Made by a program: the position numbers and the translations under genes. From Vicugna vicugna (lineage: Eukaryota): a stretch of 60,000 bases of DNA. The stretch covers positions 560,001 through 620,000 of the forward strand of contig MU057724.1 in the NCBI GenBank assembly GCA_013265495.1, in the 5' to 3' direction. Positions 48,271 to 60,000 of this stretch are shown one piece after another; the stretch's first letter is position 1, and every line of letters begins with the position of its first letter. The notes beneath the pieces were generated by a model. It had not been told where the DNA came from and made no database searches. It saw only the letters and a program-made list of their open reading frames with translations.

Positions 48271-50239
48271 CAAAACGGCGACTTAGAAAAACAGAAGCGT
48301 TGCTTTGAATTTAAACAGCTAAGAGCCATAGACGAGACGGGTCTGCGGGGGGAGGGCGAAGGCCTCCAAGCCCACCTCCCGCTTTTGCGCCTTCTTGTTC
48401 CACTTGCTGGTCATTTGGGGGCTAACTTCATTATCTACAGCCAAATTGGAAACAAGATGCTGTTTCTGTGAATGCTGCTGAAGGCGTGTGCGGGTTTCCC
48501 ACCTGCGCCGGGCGCCCCCGCTTCTCTGAAAGCGCCTTGAGACGCCGGTTTTCCCGGAGGGAAGCCCACTGCCCTGTTTCTGAGAGAGGTGAGGCGCTGT
48601 CTGTCGCTCAGCGCCGGCCAAGAATGCGTCCCTTTCCTGGGTTCCCAGAAGGGCTCAGCGCCTGGCCGGGGGACCAGCTTCCTCTCCGGCACAGCGGGGT
48701 GTGCTTCCTCTCCAGTGTCTCCAAGGAGGGAGCCGTGCGCCAGGGCGTCTGGCTGGGACGGCTGTCTTCCCCTTCCCTGTGTGGGTCCTTTCTCTGCTTC
48801 TCTGGCAAGGATGAGGTCTTAAGGATCTGGGGTTCTGAACACTCATTAACTAGAAATCAGCCAACTCTAAACCACGACAGAGTCACTTGGAAATAGATGG
48901 TACGGAGGGAAAATACAAAATCACGGCCGCGTTGTCATCACCAATAATTAGGATGAAATGTAGCTGGTTTCCACTCCCGTCACAAACCATTTAGGCCGCA
49001 GCACCTAGAAGATCTCAACGGGCAGGGGCGCCGCCCTCGGATCCCGGCAGGGCTTCCCTAGCCCTGGGCAGGGCCTGGTTTGCAGAAGTCTTTAAATGGA
49101 AGCTGGGGAGGAGAGCCTGCCTGCACATCTGAGGCGGGTGGGATGTGAGCCGGCTGGAGCAGCCCCCGTCCTGGGGAGGTTTCCGCAGAGCAGCCTCAGT
49201 GCACATTGCATCCCAGCGTGTGAAGTCATCGGACCAGACGCACTGGACGCCAGAGCACGGACCGTCCAGGAGCCTCGGGTACCTCGCCGCGCTCCGGACA
49301 GGCTGCTGAGGACTCCTCTTCCTCCCACGGACTGTATCTTGGTGAATTTGCCAGAAATTGGTCCGAGACTTACGGCGAGGACCAAGGTCCAGTTTGACAT
49401 CTGCCTGATGGTTTGATAAGGAAATGTGGCCAAAACCCAGAGTTAAAATGAGGTTTAGTGCCTCCAAAGGCAAATGGCAGAGTTTGCCCCACTTCTGTGC
49501 TCTTTCCGTGATGGAATGCTGAGAAGAGGAATCTCCAGCCACTTCCTGGGTCACAGTGGTGGCCTGGGTCACCAAGGGCAGACTGGCACGGAGCCCCAGG
49601 GCTGTCAGTTTAGAACAATCGCTTCTTCCTTTTCCCATCATGGGATTTGGTGTGGAAGAACCACGGGGACAGGCAGCAGGTTCCAAAGAGAGGATTCTTA
49701 ATTTGCTGTGGGAGAGACCAGCGTGGTGCTCCGTCACCTAACTACTCGGAAGCTCAGTTTTCTTGTCCCTAGTGTGGGGTGATGAAGTCCACTTCTCCCA
49801 GCTGGTAGATGGTCAGTCAGCTGGCACGGTCAAGGCCTGCTAACCAGGCGTTGCAGAGAGAGGACTCGGCGGGGGGGGGGGCTTTCTTCCTGCAGTTTGG
49901 CCTTGTGTTTCTCTCTTTTTACTTCCCGCCTGTTACAGACGCAAGGACTTGGGAAGACATTTTGACCTCTTGTCCTTAAAGAGATTTCTTCAAAATCCAT
50001 TCCAAACACACACCTTGCATTTTCTAGAAGCGCCTTGATTTCAAACACTTTGTTCCATCCTCAGACCTGCTGTCAGACCGTGTCTCCTTATTCTTAAAGT
50101 GGGGACAGTTCGCTGTAAGGGGAACCTGGTCTGTGTGATCAGCAGGAGGACCTCACTGAGGCTGCGGAGCCACACGTGTGTGTCAGGACCAGACGCTCAG
50201 CCCTGACCCCCTCACAGCCAGTTTCTTCTCTTTGATTGT

Positions 50240-50385
50240 ATTTTTAAAAGTTGAAGTATAGTCAGTCACAATGTGTTGATTTCTGGTGTACAGCACAATG
50301 TCCTAGTCATGCATATAGATACATACATTCGTCTTCCTGTTCTTTTTCATTAAGGGTTATTACAAGATATCGAATATAATTCCCT
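50240..50385 (-). mobile_element. Short L1 3'-terminal fragment
   Basis: 'ttgaagtatagtcagtcacaatgtgttgatttctggtgtacagcacaatg...ttattacaagatatcgaatataattccct'. Possible degenerate TSD: ctctttgattgtattttt (50228) and ctctttaactgaaatttt (50384). Confidence 0.8.
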
Positions 50386-50389
50386 CTTT

Positions 50390-52450
50390 AACTGAAATTT
50401 TTGTTGAGATGGTTGTAGATTCTCACCTCGTCGTAAGAAAAGGTGTGAGAGCCCAGGTACTCTTTGCCCAGGTCCTCCCAGTGGCAACATTTTGCAAAAC
50501 TGTAGAAGGACATGTCTGCTCAGATGTTGGTGCTGACGCAACTCGCTCATCTCACCCGGTGACGGGCACTCAGTGTGTTATTTGTTATGTAAGTGGTTTT
50601 ATCACGTGTGTGGTTCCCACAGACAGCACTGCAGTCCAGACAGTGAGATAGTCCCATCATCACAGGCCCCCTTCTGCTGTCCTTTTAGGGTCCCTCCCTC
50701 CCTCCCCTCTGTATCAGGGAAAATGTTCTCCCACCTTTTTTTTCAAGATTATTTTACCTAGGCCTGTGCCTTTCAATAGCAATTTTATTGGAGAAATTTC
50801 TTTAGCTTTTTTTGGGGGGTGTGGGTAATTAGGTTTATTTATTTATTTTTGCAAGAGGTACTGGGGATTGAACCCGGGAACCTCATGCATGCTAATGATG
50901 CACTCTACCATCTTGAGCTATACCCTTCTCCATTATAGCAATTTTAGATTAAGCTTGTCTACCTACAAAAAGTCTTGCTAGATTTGGATAGGAACTTCCT
51001 TAAACCTATAGACTCATTTGGGGACTTGACATCTTTACTATGTTGAATTTTCTAATCCATGAACATGGTATGTCTCTCGCGTTATGTCTTCTTTCATTTC
51101 TTTCATTAGCATTTTGTAATGTTTAGCTGACCCTTTCTGTACATGTGTTGTTAAATGTATGTCTAAGGATTGTGTTGTCTTTGGCATGATTGCTGATGGT
51201 AATTTGCTTTAAATTTAGCTACTTAATGTTCACTTTTATTATGTAGAAATGTGGTTGGTTTTTGTGTATTGCACTTGTGTCCTGTGGCCTTGCTGAACTT
51301 ACTTTTTAGTTCTAGGAATATTTCTGTAAATTCTTTTGGATTTCTACATAGACAGTCATGTCATCTACAAAAGCAGTTTAACTCCTGCTTTTTCATATGT
51401 GTGTCTTTTATTTCTTTTTCCTGCTATTGCAGTGACAGGACTTCCAGTGTCATGTTGAGCAAAAGTGTCAGAGCCTTGCCTCATTCCTGATTTTAGTGGG
51501 AAAGCATTCATCTTCTCATCATGAAGAATGATGTTAACTAGAATTTTTTGGTAGATTCAAGATGCTCTTTATCAAATTGAGGTAATTTCCCTCTACTCTG
51601 AATTTCCGTTCTTTTTTTTTTTTTGTCATAACATTTCATCAAATGCTTTCTCTCCAAGTGACATGATTTTTTCTTTTTCTTGTTGTTATGGTGGAATATA
51701 TTGATTGATCTCCAATTACTGACCAGCCTCGCATACTTGGAATAATCCCACTCGGTCACTTTGTATCATTCTTTCTATACGTTGTTGGATTTAGTTTGCT
51801 GATATTTTAGTGAGAATTTTGTGTCTAAGATCAGTAGGTATACTGATCTATAGTCTTATTTTTTTTTCATTGTCTTTGTCTGGTTTTGGTTTCAGGATAA
51901 TACTGGCATCAGAATATGAGTTGGGAAAGTGATTTTTCCTTTTTCATGATCTGCAAGAGATTGCATAAGGCTCATTTTATTTTTTCTGTAAGTGTTTGTA
52001 GAATTCTTCTGTCTAGTGAAACCACTTGCCCTGCAGAGCACTTTTTTTCTGGCGGTGTTTTAGCTGTGAATTCAGTCTTTGATGATTACAGGGCTATTCA
52101 GATTGCCCATTTTGTCTTGGGTGGCTTTTGGTGGGTTTTAATTTTTAAGACATTTATCTATTTCTTCTAAGTTAAAGAATTTGTTAACGTAAGTTTGTTT
52201 ACAGTCTCCCCTTGTTATCTTTTTAATGACCACAGGATCTGTAGTAGTAGCCCGTTTGTGACCTGTGTCTTCACTATTTTTGTCGGTCTTGCCGTAGGTT
52301 TGTCCATTTTACTAGTTTTTTCATAGAACTAGCTTTTTGTTTCATTGATTTTTTCTATTGTTTTCATATTTTCAATTTCATTGATTTCTGTTTTTATATT
52401 AACCATTTCTTTCCTTCTGGTTTCCTTAAACATTTTTGTTCTTCTTTCTC
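50390..52450 (-). mobile_element. Old L1 (L1MC/MD-like) 3' end and ORF2 remnants, interrupted by a SINE
   Basis: 'cccagtggcaacattttgcaaaactgtag', 'ttgacatctttactatgttgaattttctaatccatgaacatggtatgtctct', 'ttgttggatttagtttgctgatattttagtgagaatttt'. Confidence 0.85.
50788..50934 (-). mobile_element. tRNA-derived SINE (camelid vic-1-like) with perfect 12-bp TSD
   Basis: Minus strand GGGTATAGCTCAAGATGGTAGAGTGCAT...GGGTTCAATCCCCAGTACCTC carries A and B boxes, then an AAAT tail. TSD atagcaatttta at 50776-50787 and 50935-50946. Confidence 0.85.
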
Positions 52451-53176
52451 CAGATTCTTGGAGTGGTTTTCTGTTTCCCTGGGGCCCCCACTGGTCCCTC
52501 TGGTGCTGCCCGAGGAGTGGAAGGCACCTCCCCAGGTGGGAGAGCAGTGTGTGGGGTCCCTGCCCCTGTGTCCCAGCTGTCCAGGTGTGTCTGGGCAGGA
52601 CAGGAGCGCCTCAGGCCTGGCAGGAAGGACAGCCCCGTCTCTGTTTCTGGTGGGACTCTGATGGGCACCTGTCTGTGGCTTCGGTGTTCCTGGGCACGTG
52701 CTGCCGCTGGTGGACATGGGGACGCGCTGTGCCCGGTGGGGTCTGAGTCCAGCGGTGTGCTGCTCCTTCAGCCCGGCCTGACCGCCTGCCTCCCCAGCTC
52801 TCCCTGGGGTGGCCTGTGCATCACCCCGGGGGCCACTGGCACTTGGCTGGGGGCGGGGAGGGTGGGCCTAGTCCATGTCGTCCCTGCAGGGCAGCTGCTT
52901 ATCAGTACAGTCATCCAGTTTCCGTCGTGCAGAAGTCCAGCCAGGACCTGGGCTCCACGCCTGTGCCTGTGATCGCAGCTTGGACGTTGCTTCCGGGGAG
53001 GGGGGCCCCATCCCCGTGGGGCAGTCGTTAACAGTGCCCATCACTCCCAGAAGGGTTCAGTGGGGGCTGCGGTGTGTGCCGACGCTGTCCACGGGCTGTT
53101 GTGAGGGGTCAGGCTGGCCCACACCGCAGGCCTGGTTTGTGCCACCTGCTGCTTCTCCTCATCATGTAGCGCACAC

Positions 53177-53256
53177 GTGCCGTCTGGTCCTGCAGTCGGC
53201 CACTTGTCGGATGACAAGTGCTGTCTGGTCCTGCAGTCGGCCACTTGTCGGATGAC
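53177..53256. repeat. 41-bp tandem duplication
   Basis: gtctggtcctgcagtcggccacttgtcggatgac is identical at 53182-53215 and 53223-53256. Confidence 0.95.
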
Positions 53257-53417
53257 CAGAAAGCTCTTCCTTGTCTTATTTCAGCAAACAGACGTATAAA
53301 TAAAAGTGCCAGTCCTCCCTCCGCACCTGAGGGGACCGTCTAGTGGGCCTGGGGGAGGGGTCTCGGTGCGGCTGGCCCCAAGGCCGGCGGGGCCCACAGT
53401 GAGTGAACGGATAACTT

Positions 53418-53558
53418 AAACGGTTTTTGGAGAGAGGAGGTAATTCGGTTTTATCTATATATTTATTTTATTTATTTTTTAATGGAGGTGCTGGGGATTG
53501 AACCCAGGACCTTGTGCATGCTAAGTACACTCTCTGCCACTGAGCTGCACCCTCCCCC
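53418..53558 (-). mobile_element. tRNA-derived SINE (camelid vic-1-like)
   Basis: Minus strand GGGGGAGGGTGCAGCTCAGTGGCAGAGAGTGTACTTAGCATGCACAAGGTCCTGGGTTCAATCCCCAGCACCTCC, with a tail like the copy at 50788. Degenerate TSD tgaacggataactt / tgaatgggtggctt. Confidence 0.85.
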
Positions 53559-54882
53559 ATGAATGGGTGGCTTGTAACCGGGGACCACGTGGGGACCGTG
53601 ACCCCGCTGGGTGCAGTTCCCACGTCTCCCTCGCTAACTGCACGCCGCGGTGCTCGTCCCGACCGCCCGTTCCTGAGGCTGCTGGCTGAGGCGGGAGCCA
53701 GGTGCACTGGCTGCGGGTGGGACTCAGCTTAGGTACCCGGCTGTTGGAGAAAGTTGCAAAAACCCCGGTAAATCAGTTGTGGAGGGGGAAGCGTCTGAGC
53801 TGTGAGGATGCACCAGAGGAGGGAGAACACGGGGCGGTATCTTGTTTCACGTGTGATACTCTTTAATTAAGAGTATTTAATATTTTATGGCACAACATCC
53901 ACCAATTCCAGCTCTGTTCTAGGAGCAGACGGTTTCGGGTTAAAAAAAAAGATTCCATGCTATTAATTGATTCATGAATGTTTCCCGTTTTGCAAAGTTT
54001 GCTTGAACGTTGTCCCGCGCTTGCTTGCCGAGCGTCCAGGCGTTTGTGGTGGCGGCAGAAACGTGCTTGTGGTGGTTTTTTTGCTTCTGGATCACGTTCT
54101 GTTTTGACTGATGCGCTGTGGAGAGGGCAGTGCCCGCTGTGCTGGTCTGTTCCTGCATTTCCAACTATGTGGATATTCCAAGATTTACTGGAAGTTCGCC
54201 GTTACTTTCAATCTATTGTTTCAAAAGAGATTCTTGTTTATGGCAAATTGCTTTTAGAAAGTCGGTGATGAAACTCCTGTTTGCCCTTCAGGGAAGAACT
54301 GAAGGAAAGTTAGTGCGTTGTGTTAAGCATCGCCCTTCTTGGTGTCTGCAGTCAAGTTCTTAGGATAAAATCTTCTTCTCAAATTTTTACTTTAGTACCA
54401 ATTTTCAGTTATACACGAGTCTTAAACAAAGCAAACAGTGTTCTTGTTGAAACAATGCAGAGGTCGATGACCTGTTGGCTAATTTCTTTCTTAATCTTCA
54501 GTTGCTTCCGTAACGTTTCCACCTATTCTGTAGAAGGCTATTTAAACCAATTAGTTCTCCTTTGAATTACCTGATTTAAAGTTGCTCTCAACGAATGTTG
54601 CTTTGTACCCGAGTGAACTGAACCTGCCTCCAAACCCTGTAACAATGTGGTGTCCCAGTGGGTTCACAGGGACGCCAGACAATATCTCTACAAATACAGA
54701 CTGGGGACCTTTTCACTCACGGAGTTATTTCAGTGTTATTATTGAAAGAACATTCAGAGCAAGACATTTCTTGAAAACCCAATACTGGAACTAACAACTT
54801 TCCAAATAACTCAAAACATTTTATAATATTTCCTTACCTGCCCCCTTTTCCCTAGAGAAAAACCAAGGGTGTTGATACTATA

Positions 54883-55188
54883 CAAACACTTTCAGAGACA
54901 TTGTGGGTTTGGTCCTGGACTGCCGCAACGAGCAAACGTCCCCGTGAAGCAAGACGCACGAGTGCGTTGGTTTCCCAGTGTGCATAGAAGTACGTTTACA
55001 CTGTGCCGTAGTCTGTTGAGTGTGCAGTGGCGTTTTGTCTAAGAAGACAATGCACGTACCTCAATTAAAAAATACCTTCTTGCTGAAAAAAACTGCTAGC
55101 TGTCATCTGACAACAGCGCAGAGTTGCCACGAACCTTCAATTTGTAAAAAACGCAGTGTCTGACGCATGAGAAAGGAACGCCTGCCCG
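54883..55188 (-). mobile_element. Tigger1-derived non-autonomous DNA transposon (both termini, internal deletion)
   Basis: Left end 'cagagacattgtgggtttggtcctggactgccgcaa...ggtttcccagtg' and right end 'gttgccacgaaccttcaatttgtaaaaaacgcagtgtctg' match the two Tigger1 termini; TA precedes the left end. Confidence 0.8.
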
Positions 55189-58100
55189 TTGTTCTGTCGC
55201 TCAGGTGGGGTGCGCCGATGACCCGTGTCCTTGGGGACAGGCCCTCGATGGTGCCAACACATGGCCCTCAGTTTCAGAAGATCTCAGGTTAACCAGGACA
55301 CGTGACTCACGGACAGACAGCAAACGATGGGGGGTGCTGTGGGGGGCCCATCGGTTGGACGAGAGGCGTGGGGAGCGTGTTGGGGCTGATTTCAGGCAGG
55401 AGGCCCCGTGGCAGCTTTGACTTTGGAGGTCACACGGGCCGCTTTCTGGGTGTGTCTGAGTCAAAGGTAATTTCCAGACAACGGCAAAAGCATGATCCCC
55501 ACACAGATGTAAAAACGAACATGAGCTGAGGATTTAATTCTGCTCCTTAAGTCAGAGAAGGAGCCAGAGGAAAGTAAAAACGCACACATTTATATGGAGT
55601 AAATGAACTGAGTTTCAAATGGTGCAAAACTGATTTTGCACAGGAGGAGTGAAGTCTAACGAAGTTCCACAGGACAGCACAGATTTGCACACCCACCCTC
55701 CCTGCTGTTTGTGACGACGTGTCAGCGTGACGACCACAAACAGGGAGAAAAGTCAGCGTCTGGAGGGCTGTGCTGTTGACAAAGCAGCAGTTTTCCTTGG
55801 AGCACGACATTGTTTTCGATTCTGTTTGGGTTCATCCTGCTCCTGTGCCCCCCCAAAAAGTGGCTCGAGTCAGAGAAGGGAGCATGACGTGCAACCCTGC
55901 AGCTCAGGGCGCCGCACACGAGTGCACACACACCTCCTGCGGCTCGAGCTGCGCCGGGGCTGGGTGTCTCGCTGCGAGTCACGCCGTCTGGCCTCGCTGC
56001 CAGCAAGGCCGGGAGGCTGTCCCGGGGCCTCAGTCCGGTGAACTACCGCGCTAGCACGGCCTCCTCCTGAGATTGAACCCGCAGATCAGAAGGTGACAAA
56101 CTTTAATAGACACGGGAGATTGGATAGAAGAGTAACACTTTCACATCCTGCAGAAGGGAAGTGTCGATGGTGTCTTCCACTTGCGTCCTGGGCGCGTCCT
56201 TCCCAGAGCCGGCGTCCCGTGGGTCCCATGGACGGCGGGGGCGCTGACCTCGCCGAGCCCCTGGGACAGGAGTGCGGGGTTAAAGACTTTGGAGGTTTCC
56301 TTCACTGGTTCCAGCCCTGTCCTCGCCGACTGCGCCAGCAGACAGTGGAGGTTTCTGAGGGCAGACTTCAGAGGTAAAAACAGTTTAAAACGTCTCCAAA
56401 CTTCAGCATTAGGTCAGCTGCTGGGAAGGGGAGAGGAAGAAAGTATTGACCAACTAGTTTTCCTTTCTGATAAGAAAAACATGGGTGCGCTTTAAATCAA
56501 ACACCAGAACTTCAGGGAGGTGGGAAGAGGAAGCACTCGCGTGAAGGAAGGTGCTTGCTGAGGACGAGGCGGGGTCAGGTTTTCCTCCCTCCAGGGGCGG
56601 GCGGTTTGGTTCCTGGAGAGGGGCACGAGGAGCTTTGTCCTGTCGCTTCAGCTGCTGCATCTCCGTTACTTATCTATTAAAGGGGTGGGGGCAAGAGTTC
56701 CCTTGTAGGGTGTGGAAACAGTGCCAGGGCCGGGGCAGAACGACGCACACTCGTCAGTGGGCCGGTGGGAGGTCACTGTGTGAGGCCACCTGGACAGTCC
56801 AGGCCGCAGCTCGGCCACACCCCACCCGGAGCCCAGGCTGGCTCGGCCCGGCCCCCGGGGAGGGGAGTGGTCGGGGGTGGGCGGGAGCACAGCCTCACGT
56901 CCCGGCTGGTGGGCCGTGGGTCACTCAACGCGGGCCCCGCAGATGGGCCGTCTCTGCAGCGGACACTGTGCTGCCCCCGGGGTTGGACGGCAGAATCGAC
57001 GTAGTGCACATTCAGCAAGAACCAAACCAGGCCACAGATGTCAGGCCTGGGCCTGGGACGCTCAGCGGTGACGTGTGGTCATCATCGTGACTGCTTTTAT
57101 TGGTGACTCAGCTGTTTCCCACGAGGCGCGCGGCCAGCCCGTGAGCTCATCCTGTCCCTCCCGGAGGCCCCGAGGCTGTGGTGGCTGGAGCCGTGGATGA
57201 GGGGCCCTGGCCCCTCAGAGCTCTGTGGGTGACCAGTTGCCAGAGGAGGAAGTTTCCCACCCTATGGGTGATGGAAGTCTTGTGGAAGGTTCTCCCGTGG
57301 CCTGAGAGCTGGGGCCACACCTGAGACTTCTCTGAGGCTCCCTCGGATCAAGATGGGGATAGCACGTGGCTCGTGGGCCTATGTTCTCCTGACAGGGCTG
57401 TCCCCGCGCACATGGACATGAGGGCAGGTGGCTCGGGAGACCCCAGCTTCCCCGAGTGCCCCCGCCCCGCCCCGCCTCGGGATGGAGATACTCGGATGTG
57501 TCTTCGCAGAGGGTCTGCCCAGCGGGGAGGAGGCCCTTCCTGGCCGAGGACACGCACATCCACCCAGCTCATGGCCTGGCCCAGACGTGGACTGGAAACT
57601 CTGGAGCAGGCAGAAAATGCAGCCTTTCCTCACGTAGGGCTGATGACCCGACTGCCTTCTCCCTGAATGCCCTGGGCTCCCAAGGTCAACGCCTAGGTCG
57701 GAGTCCTTTTTCCATTCGTGCTACGTGGGGTGTAAGCTGAGGCCACTGGACCACGGGCCCTGGGCTGAGGGCCATGATCTGAGGGGGTGGGGGGCTGCGT
57801 TGGCAGGGCTGGAGCCAGACAAGCGGCCGAGGGGAGGGAGGCAGGGGCAACGAAGCAGCCCTGGACCTGGACCCAGGGACCGACGACACGTCTGTCGGTG
57901 CGGCAATGCCCCAAGCAGGGCGGGCCTTGCCCTCAGAGCCGCCCTGTGTTTGGAGGGGGTTCTGAGACGGGACGGAGCTGGGCTCGGAGCTCGGGTCCTG
58001 GGTGTGGATCAGGCCCCTGGAACCAAGGGCCTGACCTCGGGCAGCTCCTTAACTGCTTGGCGCCCAGCAGCTCAGCCGCCAGAATGAGGAATCAGCGAGG

Positions 58101-60000
58101 AGATCTGCTAGGTGGCCTGGCCCCGAGTGAGGGTGCGGGGAAAGGGCAGCGATCTTCTCACTCTGCCGGTCCCAGAGCTGACCTGATTTCTTCCAGAGCT
58201 CAGTTTTGAATTCCGATGACATAGAAGTGTGTTTGGCACCTTTGTCACTTCTCGTGCTGTTGTTCGTTTCTGTTACTTGTACAGTTTCTGACCTGGGAAC
58301 CTCTGCTCACGCCCTGTCTGGCTGGACCAGGACTGTGTGCTGCTCCTCTGATTTGAGGGTCTAATTTTATTTTTCTTGGAATCCTTTGCCCAAGCAAGTG
58401 GCTTGACTGTTCATCCCAGGAACTTCCTGGTGGACCCGTCAGCTCCTCCTTGGAAACATCCACAGTTACGCCCAAGAGTGAGAACCCCTCACGGAGGGGC
58501 TTGGTCCTGCCGGCTGTGGGGTCACGGCCCTCGTGGGGCCCCCACTGGGCTCGGGTCCAAGGCAGTCCGGGCCCCTCCTCCTCCGAGGCAGGACGGCTCT
58601 GGGAGGCTCTGCACCCCCAGCGCCCGCTCCCTCTTGTCAGCGGGCCGGGCTGGTGGCGTTTGGAGCCGGACACACGTGCTGGGGGGTCAGAGGATGTGTA
58701 AAACGTAGGGTCTGAACACTCTGCTCCTTGCGTTTCACGTCCTACGTTACGGCTGCGATTCTGTGCTCAAGCTACGTACTCACCAGCACCTTGGCTTCCT
58801 GACCTCCGTCTAAGACAAGGGCAGTGGGTTTTCTTTTCGAAGTTCGTTTCCCTATTTGATTTTCTGAAGAATAATTTCTGGGTGTTGACTGGCCACTCAG
58901 GGGCGAATCCCAGGAGAGCAGACGGGTGTGGCTTGGGCTTCAGGCCTGGGCAAGCAGTCTCTCCCCTCTCCCCACGTCCTCGTTCATGTTCACAGAGTCC
59001 CGGGCCCCAGGGGCATCATCTTCACCTTCCTCGGGACCGCACGCTGGGCCAGGGGCTCACAGGACAAGAGCTCAACTGTACCGCTGGCCATGCAGACCAG
59101 CCCTCCTTCCACCTTCTCCGTCCTCCCGTGGGTGTCGTGAGGCCTGGGCCCTGGAGGGGGGCCTGGCCACCCCTGTGGACAGCGGGGAAGCTCCAAGGGC
59201 AAGGCCATGGGACCCCAGCCTGAGTCTCTGGCTCTGACTCTGAGCTGAGATGGAGCCCCCATCCCTGGGTCTCCGGGGTCTTCTCCCCCAGGTCTCCAGC
59301 ACCTTCCCTCCTGGGCGCCTCGTCTTCCTGGTGATCCCAGAAGCCCTATCGTGTGCCCGCAGCGCCATCTTCCTCTGCTGTGAGCCCAGAGCCCCTGCAT
59401 GTGAGGAGGGCTGTCCTCTCCCCTGCTCCTGACAGGCTCTGGGCGGGCTTCTCCCAAAGCTCCTGTGCTATGGCCCATTTGTGGCTCAGGTGGGCCGCGC
59501 AGGGGCTCCCCCGCTTCCCCGTCTCCCTCTGGCCTGCTGGCAGGACGTCAGGCGGGTCTCAGCCGTCCCTTTGTCAGGAGGAACCTGCTGTCCCCACAGA
59601 GGCTGCCCAGCGGAGAGCCTGGTCTCACTCCTCACGGTTCCTTCCTGGGGACAGAAGGAGGGAAGACTCCCGCCCGCTCCTCGCGGCTGCCCTGAGCTCC
59701 TGGGAGGCGCGAGTCAGGCTGGGCGGGGCGGCGCTGGGGATGACCTGCTTCCTCGAAAGGCGTTCAGATCTCCCTCAGGGTTGTCTTTCTTGAGACTGTG
59801 AAGGCACTCACTCTGCCCTTCCTGCCTTCTCTGTCTGTCCGTCTGTCTGCCTCCCTGTCCCTTCCTTTCCCCGTGTTTTCCTGAGCGACGGCCTCGGGTG
59901 GCTAGCAGGGACTGGCTCCAGGACGTTTGAGGTTCAGGAAGGCAGGCCCCTCTCAACTGTTGTGAATTTGTTTGGGTTACGTAACTTTTAACTGGGCCTC

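Noticed and set aside
50855..50930. tRNA-like sequence (also 53485-53558)
   Set aside because: AAAT tail, TSDs and mutated stems show these are SINE heads, not tRNA genes.
1..60000. Inferring host-gene strand from L1 orientation, or naming the host gene
   Set aside because: Large L1 remnants lie on both strands and no exon was recognised; any gene name would be a guess.

Overview
Mammalian genomic DNA, very probably camelid (camel/llama/alpaca): two tRNA-derived SINEs resemble the camelid vic-1 family and the younger L1 ends are cetartiodactyl-like. The window is GC- and CpG-rich and looks intronic or intergenic. I recognise no protein-coding gene; nearly all supplied ORFs look like GC-content noise or repeat remnants. 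What I can support is a layered set of transposon remnants (L1, L2, MIR, MaLR/ERVL LTRs, MER5A, a Tigger1-derived MITE, SINEs), several tandem repeats and a few candidate regulatory blocks. The best lead is a CpG-rich promoter-like region at ~47.7-48.3 kb. It holds an 82-nt minus-strand candidate first coding exon (MCCAVRKGERCISLRVLAVYWSLWILL-G, phase-1 donor) that is too short for the ORF track. Other notable items are a ~400-bp L1 made only of its 5' and 3' ends inside a target-site duplication, a twin-priming L1 inversion and strong A/T-to-G/C skew in one L1 remnant. Repeat family names come from recalled consensus motifs, not from a search, and most repeat boundaries are approximate. I found no convincing novel biological system.
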